Below are positions 1 through 10,601 of a DNA stretch of 64,000 bases, in pieces (position 1 is the first letter of the stretch; each line of letters starts with the position of its first letter). Under the pieces are notes generated by a model, which saw nothing but the letters and a program-made list of their open reading frames with translations, made no database searches and was not told where the DNA came from. The stretch is from Prorocentrum cordatum (Eukaryota): contig CAUYUJ010000103.1 in assembly GCA_963575745.1 (NCBI GenBank), positions 248,001-312,000 on the forward strand. The letters run 5' to 3'. The position numbers were made by a program, and so were the translations under genes.

Positions 1-1760
1 GCGCACGGCGACGCCATCCTCCGCAAGACACGGGACGAGGCCGAGCTGGGGCGCATCAGTTGCCCGGTGCCGCTCCGCGACGTGTGCCTGGACGGGGCCG
101 TCATCGCTCCGAGGTTTGTGGTTGAGCAGCTCCGTGAAGACGGGCCCTCGAAACTCCGGTTGGTCGACGACGTGACCAAGGCTAGGATTAACGAGGCGAC
201 GCGGCCTCAGGAGCGGCTCCACCACGATGCCGTGGACGCGCTTTTCGAAGCAGCTCGCATCTTCCAGGAAGTTGCGGGGCGGGCACCCGCCCTCTGGAAG
301 GCAGACATCGACGCTGCCCATTCGCGCTGAGCACCGCCGGTTCGCTTGGATCGTGTTCAGCGCCGCCGGGCAGGTCTGGGCGGCGCAGCACGCGGCAGCG
401 CCCTTCGGGGCCACGTCGTCGGTGCACAGCTGGGCGCGAGTGGGTGCCTTCATCGCGGAGGCGGCGCGCGTGCTCTTGCGGATCGCCGCGCTGCGATACC
501 TGGATGATTATTTTGGGCCGGATCACCCCGAAGTGGTGGAGCACGCAGCAGCGCAGCTGGCGGAGCTGATTCAGCTGATGCTCGGCCCAGGCGCGGTGGC
601 GCCGGACAAGATCGCCTGGGGGCCCCCGCTGGTCATCCTCGGCCTCGAAATCAAGGCGGGGCGGCCTTGGCGCGACGCGCCGGCCGGCCGGCTGTGCGCA
701 TCGCCAGGTGCTGCCACGCGCGTTCTGCGCGCGTCCCGCACCCGCGAAGACCGCCAAGTGGCAGCGTGTCATCGGCGAGGCGCTCGCGACGCGCGCCCTC
801 GCGCCAGGCGGCTCGCGCGCCCCCCCTAATGTGTCGGGACCTTGCGTTCGCTGTGCAGGCGCATCGTCCAAGCTGGCCGGGGGCTTGGCCTGGGCAGCGT
901 CGCATCTCTTCCGCCGCCTGGGGCGCGCCCTCCTCAGGCGCGGCGCTGCCCCCGCGCGCCCGGGGGGGCGGGGCGCTGCGCTTCGTGCTCGCAGGCCGTT
1001 GCACGCGCAATCGCATCGCGGGGAATCGAAGGCCCATGGGCCGTTGATGCTTGCCCTGCAGTGGTGGCGCGAGGTCTTGGCCATGGACTTGTGCCAAGCG
1101 CGGCCGTGGGCCGACAAGGCGCGGCCTCGCGCAACTCTCTTCGCGGACGCGTCGGGCCAACCACCGCGCGTGGCCGCGGTGCTCGTCACCGCCACGGGCG
1201 TCCGTTTCAATTCCATGGTCGTCCCGGATTCCTTGATGGCGTCGTCCCAGCGTCGCCGGGACAACCAGATTCAGGGGCTGGAGCTCCTGTCTATCGCGCT
1301 GGGCATGTGCACCTTTGCAGGCATTGCTTTCGCGTGCGACTGCCCGCGCCGGCGGGCAGGTCCGGCCCCTCGTCTTCGCTGCGCTCAGGGGAAGTGCAAG
1401 GTTGCGACTTGCATATTTACAGCGACAATACCGGCGCGGAGTCTTGCCTGCGGAAGGGCGCCGCGAAATCCTTCGACCACTCGTGCATCGTCCACTCCAT
1501 GTGGAGGCGCGCGGTGGAGCTCGACGTTGACCTCGCGGTTTTCCGCGTGCCCACGGCTGAGAATCTGGCCGATTTGCCTTCTCGGCGCGCCCGTGCGCGC
1601 CGCGCGGTGCTGCGGGCTGGCCGCGGGCGCAGCGTGTCGCAGGGGGGGCGACGAACTCCTGCTACGCATCGGCGCGGTGCGCACGCGCCCGTGGCTCGAC
1701 GAAGAATTCTGGCACGTGGGTGCCTGGGGCGCTCTCTCTGCGGCCCGCCTCTTCGGCTAA
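1..1760 (+). pseudogene. Spliced reverse transcriptase-RNase H (pol) of the YR retrotransposon; one frameshifting deletion near 314-320
   Basis: RT motifs: KLRLVDD, LWKADIDAA, PFGATSSV, YLDD (497-508), LVILGL. RNase H motifs: LFADASG, IQGLELLSI, IYSDNTGA, ENLADLPSR. Predicted exons 1-655, 708-807, 859-937, 995-1320, 1389-1584, 1643-1760(TAA), joined across GC..AG introns 656-707, 808-858, 938-994, 1321-1388, 1585-1642. Confidence 0.88.
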
Positions 1761-1953
1761 ACCGCGCGCCATGTCGCGCCCGGGCGCCATCTTGTGCGTC
1801 GGGGCGTCGCGATGCTTAAGTTTGGGCGCGGCAAAGCGTTCGGCGCGCCGCCGCGCTTGTCATCCTAGGGTCCCGCGTTTTGTCGCAAGCGGAGTGCACG
1901 CGGCCAGTGCCTCGGGCGCGTCGCTCGCATTGTCAGGCGCGCCGCGCGGCATC

Positions 1954-3516
1954 ATGTCGTTATTCCTTGAATTGTGTTCCTTGCGCCCGACAGCGCCCAG
2001 GACGGCCGTCGCCTGGGCTGCTGATTTCCTGGCTGAGAACGGCTTCGTACGAGCCTGCGAGCTCGCCAGTGCAGACGCCGCAGACCTGGAAGGTTGGCCG
2101 GTCACCGCGCAGGCCAATGTCGAAGTCCTGCACGAATTATTCAGAGCCGCGAAGATTGCTGCGCGCCGAGGCTCGGCTGCGCGAGGATTTTTGGCGCGCG
2201 CGGCCCCCCCCCCCGCCGCGCGTGCGCCTCGCAGGCGCGCCCGTCGCCGTGGGCTCGGCAGTTGGAGGGCGCGCGCCCGCCCGCAGCCGGTCGCCGGCGA
2301 GACGCGCGGCGCCGAGCGCCCCGGGGTCACCCCCTGGGCCGCCACAGGCGCGCGTCATCGGCCCCGCGCGCTTGCGCATGCCCGCGCGCCGTGGCTCGCG
2401 AGGCGCCCGCCCCGAGCGTCCTCGACCAGCTGGGCGCGCCGGTCGCGCTGCCAATAACGCGCGGGCCCCGGGCGGCGCTCGCCGAGGCCGCTGCTCGCCT
2501 CCGCAGTCCGGCGGACGCGGCCCGCTGGCGGGAGGAGGAACGCGTTCGCGCTATGCTGCAACCATGCGCACGGTCGCTCCCAAGCGTGAGAAGCGGCCTC
2601 AAATGCTGGGAGGCCTACTGCATCAGAATGTTGAAATACCCGTGCATGCAGCTCCCGCCAGCCTGCGCGGACCTGGTCGCCTGGAGCGCCCTCTTTCGCT
2701 GCGGGGAGACGTACGCAAATTACTGCAGCTACGTTAAGATCGGCTGCCTCCTGACTGGGGTCTGCGTCGCCGTGTTCGACCGCCCCGAGGTCAGGCGTGC
2801 GCGCGCCGCCGTCCGGGCGCGGGCCGATTGGACTCCGCGCCCGCGCTTGTTCATCCGTAAGAGCGCGGTCGCCGCGCTGGTCGAGTTGGGCGCGCGCCGC
2901 CCCGAGTGGCTCCGCGCGTCGATGCTTTTCCTTTTCGCCTACACGTTCTTGTTGCGTGTTCCCAGCGAGGCGTTGCCGGCCGTGCGCGTGGCCGACGCCG
3001 GCGACGCGCCGCCCTTTCAAGCGGCGCTAGTGCTGCGCAAATCGGAGCTCACGCTGCTGCTGCGGAGGCGGAAGAACCGGCCGCAGGGCAGTCGCCTGTC
3101 GCGGAAGTGCTGGTGCTCATCGTGCCGCGCCACGTGCCCCGTGCACACCCTGGGCCCCTGGGTGGCGCGTTGCGGGCTGGGCCGCGGGCTCTCCGGAGAC
3201 ATCTCGGCGGCTGCTGCGCTGCGGACCCTGCGCGGGATGCTCGCTGCCCTCGGTGTCCAGGGGGCGGGCCTGTTTCGGTTGCATGACCTCCGCAGGGGCC
3301 ACGCCAAGGACCTGCAGGAGGCTGGCGCGACGCTGGCCGAGATTCTCGCGGCCGGGGAGTGGCGGTCCTGCGCTTTCATGGCGTATCTCGACCGTGACGA
3401 TCTGGAAAGGGACGCGGTCGTGGAGGCGGGGCCACGCGCCCTCCGCCCGCGCCGCGGCGCGCTGCTCGCGCCAGGCGCACATGCTGGAGTCGGATTCGGA
3501 CGAGGGTGCCTGCTAG
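1954..3516 (+). CDS. Spliced tyrosine recombinase (DIRS-type)
   Basis: Catalytic set R (FLLRVPSE), K (RRKN), HxxR (HDLRRG), W (AGEWRS), Y (MAYLD). Predicted exons 1954-2170, 2235-2347, 2403-3425, 3475-3516 across GC..AG introns 2171-2234, 2348-2402, 3426-3474 give one open frame ending AHMLESDSDEGAC*. The first two exons are less certain than the catalytic exon. Confidence 0.85.
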
Positions 3517-3660
3517 GCGCCGGCGGCCAGCGCCGCCACGTTTCGCTTCTGTGCGTGGGCGGGCGCGCGCGACGGCGCCCGTGCTCTGCCCCCGCGCGTT
3601 CGGCAGCGGGTGGGCGCGCGTTGCCGGCCCGTGTCGCCTGCGTGCCGTGTGGCATTGGGT

Positions 3661-4343
3661 CTGCACGCAGGCGTGGCGCGAGGCCGCCCAAGCGGCGGCG
3701 CGTCGGGCCTGGGCCCGTCGCAGCCGCCCGCGGGGGGCAGCCTCGCGCCGCGCCGCTCCCACCGACGGCGGCAGCAGGCGGGGTCGAGGCCCTGCGCGCG
3801 CGGCTCGATTTGTGGTAGGCCCACGGCGGCAAGTCCGCTCGCAGACGCGGACGTTCACCGTTGTGGGCGGGCACGAATCGGCCACGGTTGCGCGTGGGTC
3901 GCGCGCGCGGCAGTGCGACGCGACCGTGGCCTCGCTGCGCAGGCGCGGGCCATCGCGCCGTCGCGCGCCAGGGCTGCGCGTCGCGGGGGGGGGGTCGCTG
4001 CCCCGCGGCGCGTGCGCTTCGCAAGTGATTTGCTAGCGCCGGGGTTGCGTCGCCGCGGGGGGGGGTCGCTGCCCCCGCGGCGCGTGCGCTTCGCAGGCGA
4101 TTTGCATTTGGAGGAGGCGCCGCGCGCGCGCCACGCGCGCGCGCGCGGCGGGTGCCTCCCTGGCGCGCGTTCTTTCTCCCACCCTCCGCCCTGTCTGCTG
4201 CGCGCAGGCGTGGCGCGAGGCCGCCCAAGCGGCGGTGCGTCGGGCCTGGGCCCGTCGCAGCCGCCCGCGGGGGGCAGCCTCGCGCCGCGCCGCTCCCACC
4301 GACGGCGGCAGCAGGCGGGGTCGAGGCCCTGCACGCGCGGCTC
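3661..4343 (+). repeat. 146-bp direct repeats (3661-3806 and 4198-4343) flanking a ~390-bp spacer; putative B1-A2-B2 split direct repeat end
   Basis: Two near-identical copies (ctgc[a/g]cgcaggcgtggcgcgagg...gcgcggctc) at offset 537, immediately 3' of the recombinase. Confidence 0.8.
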
Positions 4344-4351
4344 CTGGTCTC

Positions 4352-4624
4352 GGGCATGGCGCTGGCCCCAGGGCCATGTTTCGTGAGGGGGAGGGCGCAG
4401 GCCTTGGATCCCTGTGTTTTGGGTCGGGCGCTGGCCCCAGGACCCGATCGTGCGTGAGGGGGAGGGCGCATCCCGTTGATCCCTGTCTTGGGTAGGGCGC
4501 AGGCCCCAGGACCCGATGGTGCGAAGGGGGGAGGGCGCATCCCGTAGATCCCTGTCTTGGGTAGGGCGCAGGCCCCAAGGCCCAGTGGTGCGAAAGGGGG
4601 AGGGCGCATCCCGTTGATCCCTGT
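4352..4624. repeat. 69-bp minisatellite, about 4 units
   Basis: gatccctgt recurs at 4478, 4547 and 4616; the array is also present in the duplicate at ~15045-15312. Confidence 0.85.
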
Positions 4625-5827
4625 GTGTCGTATATCGTCGGGAACCTCGCGCGATCGTTCAGGAACAACGTGGACGGGTCTGCAATCTTGGGCTCGGGCT
4701 CCTTGGGCACGAGCGCCGTGTCGCCATGGGAGCTGGCAGCTGCCATCGCCGGGAGTAGCCTGGCGGAAGCAGGCGTTCGCAGGACAAAAGAAGGATTGGA
4801 TATGAGAGAGAATGTGGGCGACGATGGCAGGGGAGGAGAGGGGGATGAAGAAAGGAGCAGAGGATTTGGCAAAGGCAGGGGGATGGAGGGGGGAGGGTGG
4901 GAGGATAGGATAAGCGGACAAGAAACGGCTGACAGGGAACGTCATGGGAAGGCCACCACAGGCCACTCATCTCAGGGATTCCAGGGCCAGCGCTCGGAGG
5001 ACGAGGGCCAAGGTCGGAGAGGGCCGCGAAGGGCAGGTCGAGGGGCCGCGAAATGCTCCAACCAAGGGTCTCGCCACAATGGGGGGGGGGGGGGGGAATT
5101 GGCGCGGGGAGACGGCAAACATTTGCACTGAGAGCTCACCCCCTGCCGCGAACCACCGCCGCTGGCTGCCGCCCCCTGGCCCCCGCGGCCTCGGCGCCGC
5201 GGAGGCCCCGAGAGGCGGGGCGGACGAGGGGGGTGGGGCGGGGCGGGGGGGGGGGGGGCGTGGGGTCGGTAGGGGAGATTTTTTCGGAGCGCTTTCCCCC
5301 CACTCCCTCCTCCCTCCCTCTCCCCACATTCCCTCCCCCCCCCATCCCGCCCTTCCCCCCCCCCCCCCCCCCGCCCCTCCCCGCCCCCCCCCCCCCCGCC
5401 CCTCCCCCCCTTCCCCTTCCCGCTTCCCGCGCCCTCCCCGCCCCCCCGCCCCTGGCGCTTCGAATTTGTTCGGCCCGCACCCCCGCCGCACCCCCCTCTC
5501 GCTCTTCGAAATTGTTCTGCCCGCCCCCCCCCCCCCCCCTCCTTTTGGGCCCCTCTCCCCCCCTTCCCCCCTCTGGGCCCCCCTCCCTCCCCCGCCCGTC
5601 CCCGCGTTCTGGCGCTCCGAATCCCCCTCCCCCCCCCAGGGCCCCCATCCCCCCGGGATCGCGAGGTCGTCGAACCCCTCCGAACGGCCGCCCCGCAGCT
5701 CTCAGGGAGGGGTCGGCAGCGCTGCGCGGCGCCGCAGGGGGTCGGTCTAGAGCGGACCCAAGACTCACGAGACCTTGAAGCATCAAAGGTAGACATCAGA
5801 ATAATCAAACGCGAATCGAAGCGGATA

Positions 5828-5990
5828 TTAGAAAAATTCTGAGCGACCCGATGTGGAGTTTAGAAAAATGCTAAGGCCACTTGGCTGTACTAAGAAACAA
5901 TATATAAAGATCAAGCACCTTAGAACAATTCTAACATCCACCTCAAGTACCTTAGAAAAAAATCAAACATTCACCTCAAGACGCTTAGAA
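5828..5990. repeat. Degenerate ~31-bp AT-rich repeat with phased TTAGAA motifs
   Basis: TTAGAA at 5828, 5860, 5920, 5952 and 5985, plus a variant CTAAGAA near 5890; one unit is the imperfect palindrome ttagaacaattctaa. Confidence 0.6.
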
Positions 5991-6388
5991 TTTTCCCAAT
6001 ATCCTCTTCTGTGAGCTTGGTATTTTCAAGGGTCAGACTGCCGTTGCCTTTCTGATCTTACAGCGTTTGGGAGGCCCCCGTGACATGGAATTCACTGTTC
6101 GGGATGCCGTGCGCCCCCTCCCTCACTCCCTTCCCCTCCATCCACCCCGACCTTCTCCTCCTCGACTCTTCCTCTCATATCCCTCAACGAGCACTCTTGG
6201 GCGCAGCGTTTCCTCGTTCCATCGGCATCTTTTCCCCCCTCCCCGCCCCCCCTGTCCTCCCCCCGTCCTCCTCCCACGCTCCTCCCTCGCAGTCGCCACG
6301 TCGAGGCTTTCTTGCACCTGCGGCAGCGCCAACATATCCCCTGCGGCGCGCACCAATGGTTCAACCCTGACCCCACAGGGCAATGCAT

Positions 6389-9300
6389 TCACTCGTTCAG
6401 ACAAAAGGGGCAAACGAAAAGGCCCTCCTCTTCGAATGGAGACCCCATCCCAAAAGCACGTGCCACGTTCTCTGCGCACGCGCTGTGCCAGTACACAACG
6501 CACTCGGAACAAATGCACGAATCAAAGTGCTCTACGGGCTGCGCACCACCGCCGCCGACGACCCTGACATCCATGCCCATGGTGTCTGCGCACGCACAAA
6601 AAAAACGCAGGGGGCGTCGCAACTGAAGAGGCAGTCGCGAGCAATCGGACCAGAAAACAGTTCGGCCGCGAAGGCCTTCCTACTTAGCAAGCGCCAATCA
6701 GGCACACGCTCACGCAAGTCCTTGGGCCGCGTGATCCTGACAGGCACGTTCCCGATGATGATGTTGCAGTGGTCCCTGTCGCACTCCCTCTTGAGATGCT
6801 CAGTCGCAAGCGGCACGTTATACTTGAACCACAGGTGCTCGAGGCCCACCCTTGCTATTTTTGCAGACCTGCCAACGCCCTCCCAAACAACAAAGACAAC
6901 ATCGCAATGAACTTGACCATCTTCTGCAAATGATCGCAATTCAACCAACGATACCAAGCCCCGCTCTGGAGCATCTGAAATGTCAGCCCTGAAGCCGTAG
7001 TCCTCAGCGAAGTGCATCGCGTCCCGAGCAGATGCGCGGCTTGCCTCGCATGCGCCCCTCACGTTGCGGAGAAGCTCGGCTCGGTGGTCGCCAGAGATGG
7101 CGTCAACGGCGTCGCTTTTATCAGGCCCTGCATGGTTCTGTTGGTCAGGCTGTCGATCTCCAGCGTCGTCCTCAACGTCCGTATCCTTGCCGTCGCTCTC
7201 GAGGCCCTCGCTGGCGCCCTCGAGGTCCTCGCACTCCTCCTCCATGGCGTCCTGGGCAATCAATCGTTCAAGCTCCTCAGAAAAGCCGTCGTCGTCCTCA
7301 AGCATGTCAGGCAAACCGCCCTCGGCGTCGACTGTGTGTGCATTCTTTTTCTTGGGGCCATTGTAGGCCCGCTTGAACAGCGGCGTCACTTGGGCAGCGT
7401 CAGCGATCACCGAGGCGGCCTTCAACGACGTCCACGACAACTTGTACTGGACCAGATGCAAGCGAGGGCGCTGCTTCCGCCCAGCTGGAAGAGGGTGAAA
7501 TGCATGTAGGGCCTCACCAACCAGAGCACACGCGGTACGTTTGACAATTGGAACGTGCAAGTGAACATTGCATAGCTCGTCCACGTGGCCAGTTGCGCAA
7601 TGCATCGTCTTGTAGTGCGAAGTCCCCGCCAAGAATACAACGCTGCGATCTAAAGCAAGTGCGCGCGTATCAGGTGCGTCTGGGCCGACAATCACATACG
7701 CATACCTGGCTCCCAAGTCAGTCACATCAAATATGCTATAAGATATCGGAAGTGCTTCTCTGGCATTGTCGGGCAGGTCACCGACGAAGTGCGTGGCGGA
7801 CGTATTGCTCGATCCAATAAGAGGGGCAGCATCAGGATGAGGCCGTGCGCCGGCATCGCGCTCCTTGTTTGTGAGGGGGCTGAAGCGAAGCATGTTCGCA
7901 TCTGTCTTTGAGAACTCGACGACCTTCTTGTGCACTGCGACGGCCTCGTCGGTGGGGGTCCGTTCGCCAACTCTGTTCTTGAGGCGATCCGATGCCAGTC
8001 TCACTTTAGTGCGTGGAGCCCGTTCGCACATATTCTTCAACGCACTGTTCCAGCCTTCGATCTCCTGCGTCTCGCCATTGAATAACGCACGCCAGCCTGA
8101 AAGAAATATCCATGCCATTCTCGTGCACTCACCAGTGCCCTGCATGATGACGAAATCTTCATAGAACATGGCGCGTAACTTGAAGCTGAAGGAGTTGTAC
8201 ACGCCATCCCGCCACTCTAAGTTCTCCTTGGACGCAGTCATCAACCGATGGGCTAAGGCTTTGCGAGGGGCCGAGGCCTCCTCAGGGTCCGCCTCCAAGA
8301 CGTTGAGAAAGTCGAGTGGGAACCTCTGCGTGGGGTCGCACATCCGTCGCTCCCAATCAAGAGCGCCACGCACCACCAAGGCCACGATCAAGCACAATGC
8401 CTTCGAGGAGGTCCGAACGCCGAACGAAATCAGACCACCGAAAACGAACCGAAAACTCAAAACCAACTGGTGTATTTTCATTGTTGTGAAGTTTCTTTTG
8501 GCGTTGCGAACCTCCTCGACATGTTCTGGTACATCGCCAGCTCGAATCAGACTCCAGGTGCCGACCCAGTGCGTCAGCATGGCGTCGTCGTCCAGGAGGG
8601 CGCTGAACTCGTCTATGATAACCTTGGCCTTGCCCGACGCGAACTTAGAAACGAAGGTTGGACCCGTGTAGGCGGTCCCTTGCTTTGATGCTTCCGATCG
8701 GTGTTCTCGCTCAATCTTGCTCTCCTGCTGCGCCCAACGCTGGAAATGAGCAAGGGGCCCCTTCGCGACGAGGTCGATCTCAGCTGTCCCCAAAAACAAC
8801 TTGTCATTCAACAAGGCAACCGTGGTCTGGCGGTAGTTTCGGCGTTTCTCGTGCCACTCGGCGTCCTCACCGTCCAGCTTTTTCGTATTCTTCTTTGTCT
8901 TGTCTGCGTCTGTGTCGTCGAGCTTCGGCCACGTGCGTCTGACAGCGGGTCCAAGTACATGCCGACCATTCCTCAAGTACATCTCGATGTCGTCAACGGA
9001 GCCCCACCGCGTCGCGATAACCCGATGAATGGTGTTGCCAACAGATTATTTGACAACCTTGGGTGGGAACTTGAGCTCGGCAGCTGCTTCTCTGACTTTC
9101 CGTGGGACGCCTGTGCCTCTCAGAGTGTTCGCGATAACCTTCAAACCAGAAAGAAACGAAGAAGATCCCCAGGGCGTATGCCATTCCCAATTGTTCGTGA
9201 TATCAACCATGCTCTGCTGGATCAGCGCGTTCTGATGGAAGCGGCAAAAATAACTAGATATAATCACCCAACGGACGTTAGAAACAGCTGCGACTGCAGC

Positions 9301-10584
9301 TCGAACGAGGCCTACACAGTCAGGTCCGCTATCTAAGCAAAAATGATAACTCCGAAAGCTAGGTCCATCTCGGCATGCGGCCTCCATCCACGCCGGAAGC
9401 CCCGCATTGCGAAACTGTCGCGTCACCGAGTCTGCGGTTTCTTTTGCACCGCCCGTCCGAACTGTTTGCAAGTCCAGCACTTCCCGAAATAATGTCAGCT
9501 TGAGGTCGTCACTGTCGAAGTTGGTGTCGCTGCTGATGTCGCTCAACGCCTCTGGGCATGTTGCAATGTAACTGGCTTCACCTGTCCACACTTCTGCCTT
9601 GTCGACTGCCTCTTGGTTCGTGGCGTCGCCCCTGAACATGAAGAACTCGAAGCTGAACAACTTGCCCCCAATCAACGCCACCATATCCCCACTGTCCAGA
9701 GAAGCCGCCCTCGCGTAGTTGATGCATATCTCATTCGATGTCACGTGCAAGTGATTGACCGAGTCATAGAATGATTTGACGACCACGGTCCTGGCAATGG
9801 ACAGGTTATGCTCGAAGCGGATGACCATGTTCTTGGCGCCGTCTGTGAAGGACCCCTGCCACTCCTCGCCAGCACACATGGCCACGACAGATCGTGCGCT
9901 GCTGCAGCCGTAAGACCTCTTGTACGCCAAATGGTCGCCGCCCCATATGCTGACGCAGCGCTTGCCTGGTCTGAAGTTCGTTTTCTGCACAAGTGAACGG
10001 TGGGTGTCGTGTAGGATCCGAGATTTTTGCGTGTGTAGCCCCAGGCGCTGCTCCGTCGTCGCCAGCCGTCGTTTCACCTGCTTGAGTTCGGACTGCAAGA
10101 GTGTTAGTTCGTTGTCTCGCTCCACCATCTGCACTGCCAAATCGTACCTGGGCATCTCGTAGTAGACAGAGACGCTCGGGCGCTGGACCACGTCGAAGCC
10201 GCCTTGGATCTCCGCTGCGAGCGCCAGCGCATCCTTGACCTCGTTACCGTCGGGCGCCTGGATAACTGGGACGTCAATCGATTCTGCCAGCTTCTCAAAA
10301 ACTCCTACCAGCGTGGCCTCCGACACAACAGCGGCGCCCAGGAACGAGTTGACCAACAAGTGAAAGCATTCGAACCTGATGCCGTGATTATCCGCACGCA
10401 TGCCGAGGCCGGAGATAGTGTCCTATATCGTTTTGGGTTGCACGTCCAGACGCAAGGCACCCAACATATCTCTGATGGCTCGAGCGCTCACAGTACCTGT
10501 CGAAACAATCGTTCGGGTGACATGCTTTCTGGCACTCAGGTGCTGAAAAATCTGAGTGGCGATCGAACTCTCAGTCCGAAGCAT
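6389..10584 (-). pseudogene. hAT/Dada-like DDE transposase with a C-terminal PHD-type zinc finger
   Basis: One frame from ATG 10584 carries FRGDATN (D), FCLDSGPD (D), CRFHQ (CxxH), ATRWGS and TQEIEGWNS (E), then an acidic linker. After a homopolymer shift at 6598-6605 come CVF..C / CSEC-x4-HSAC / CPFC. In-frame stops lie near 10425 and at 9046-9048. A probable 111-nt GT-AG intron spans 8401-8511. Confidence 0.72.
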
Positions 10585-10601
10585 TGTCGTGCCGAAGCAA
10601 G

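Larger units (their letters stand above)
1..4343 (+). mobile_element. DIRS-order tyrosine-recombinase retrotransposon (PAT/Ngaro-like), 5' part outside the window
   Basis: An RT-RNase H gene (1-1760) is followed by a tyrosine recombinase gene (1954-3516) and a 146-bp direct repeat pair (3661-3806, 4198-4343). RT+RH+YR without a DDE integrase defines DIRS-order elements. Confidence 0.88.

Noticed and set aside
656..1642. Programmed ribosomal frameshifts or random decay explaining pol frame changes
   Set aside because: Each change coincides with a GC..AG segment whose removal restores contiguous motifs; two in-frame segments have the same boundaries.
1..3516. Bacterial retron/DGR plus phage integrase
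   Set aside because: The RT is followed by a DIRS-type RNase H, the genes contain spliceosomal-type introns, and a split direct repeat follows.
3017..5808. Long Pro/Gly/Arg-rich ORFs on both strands (also 10943-16457)
   Set aside because: Products of very high GC and homopolymer runs; no domain motifs.
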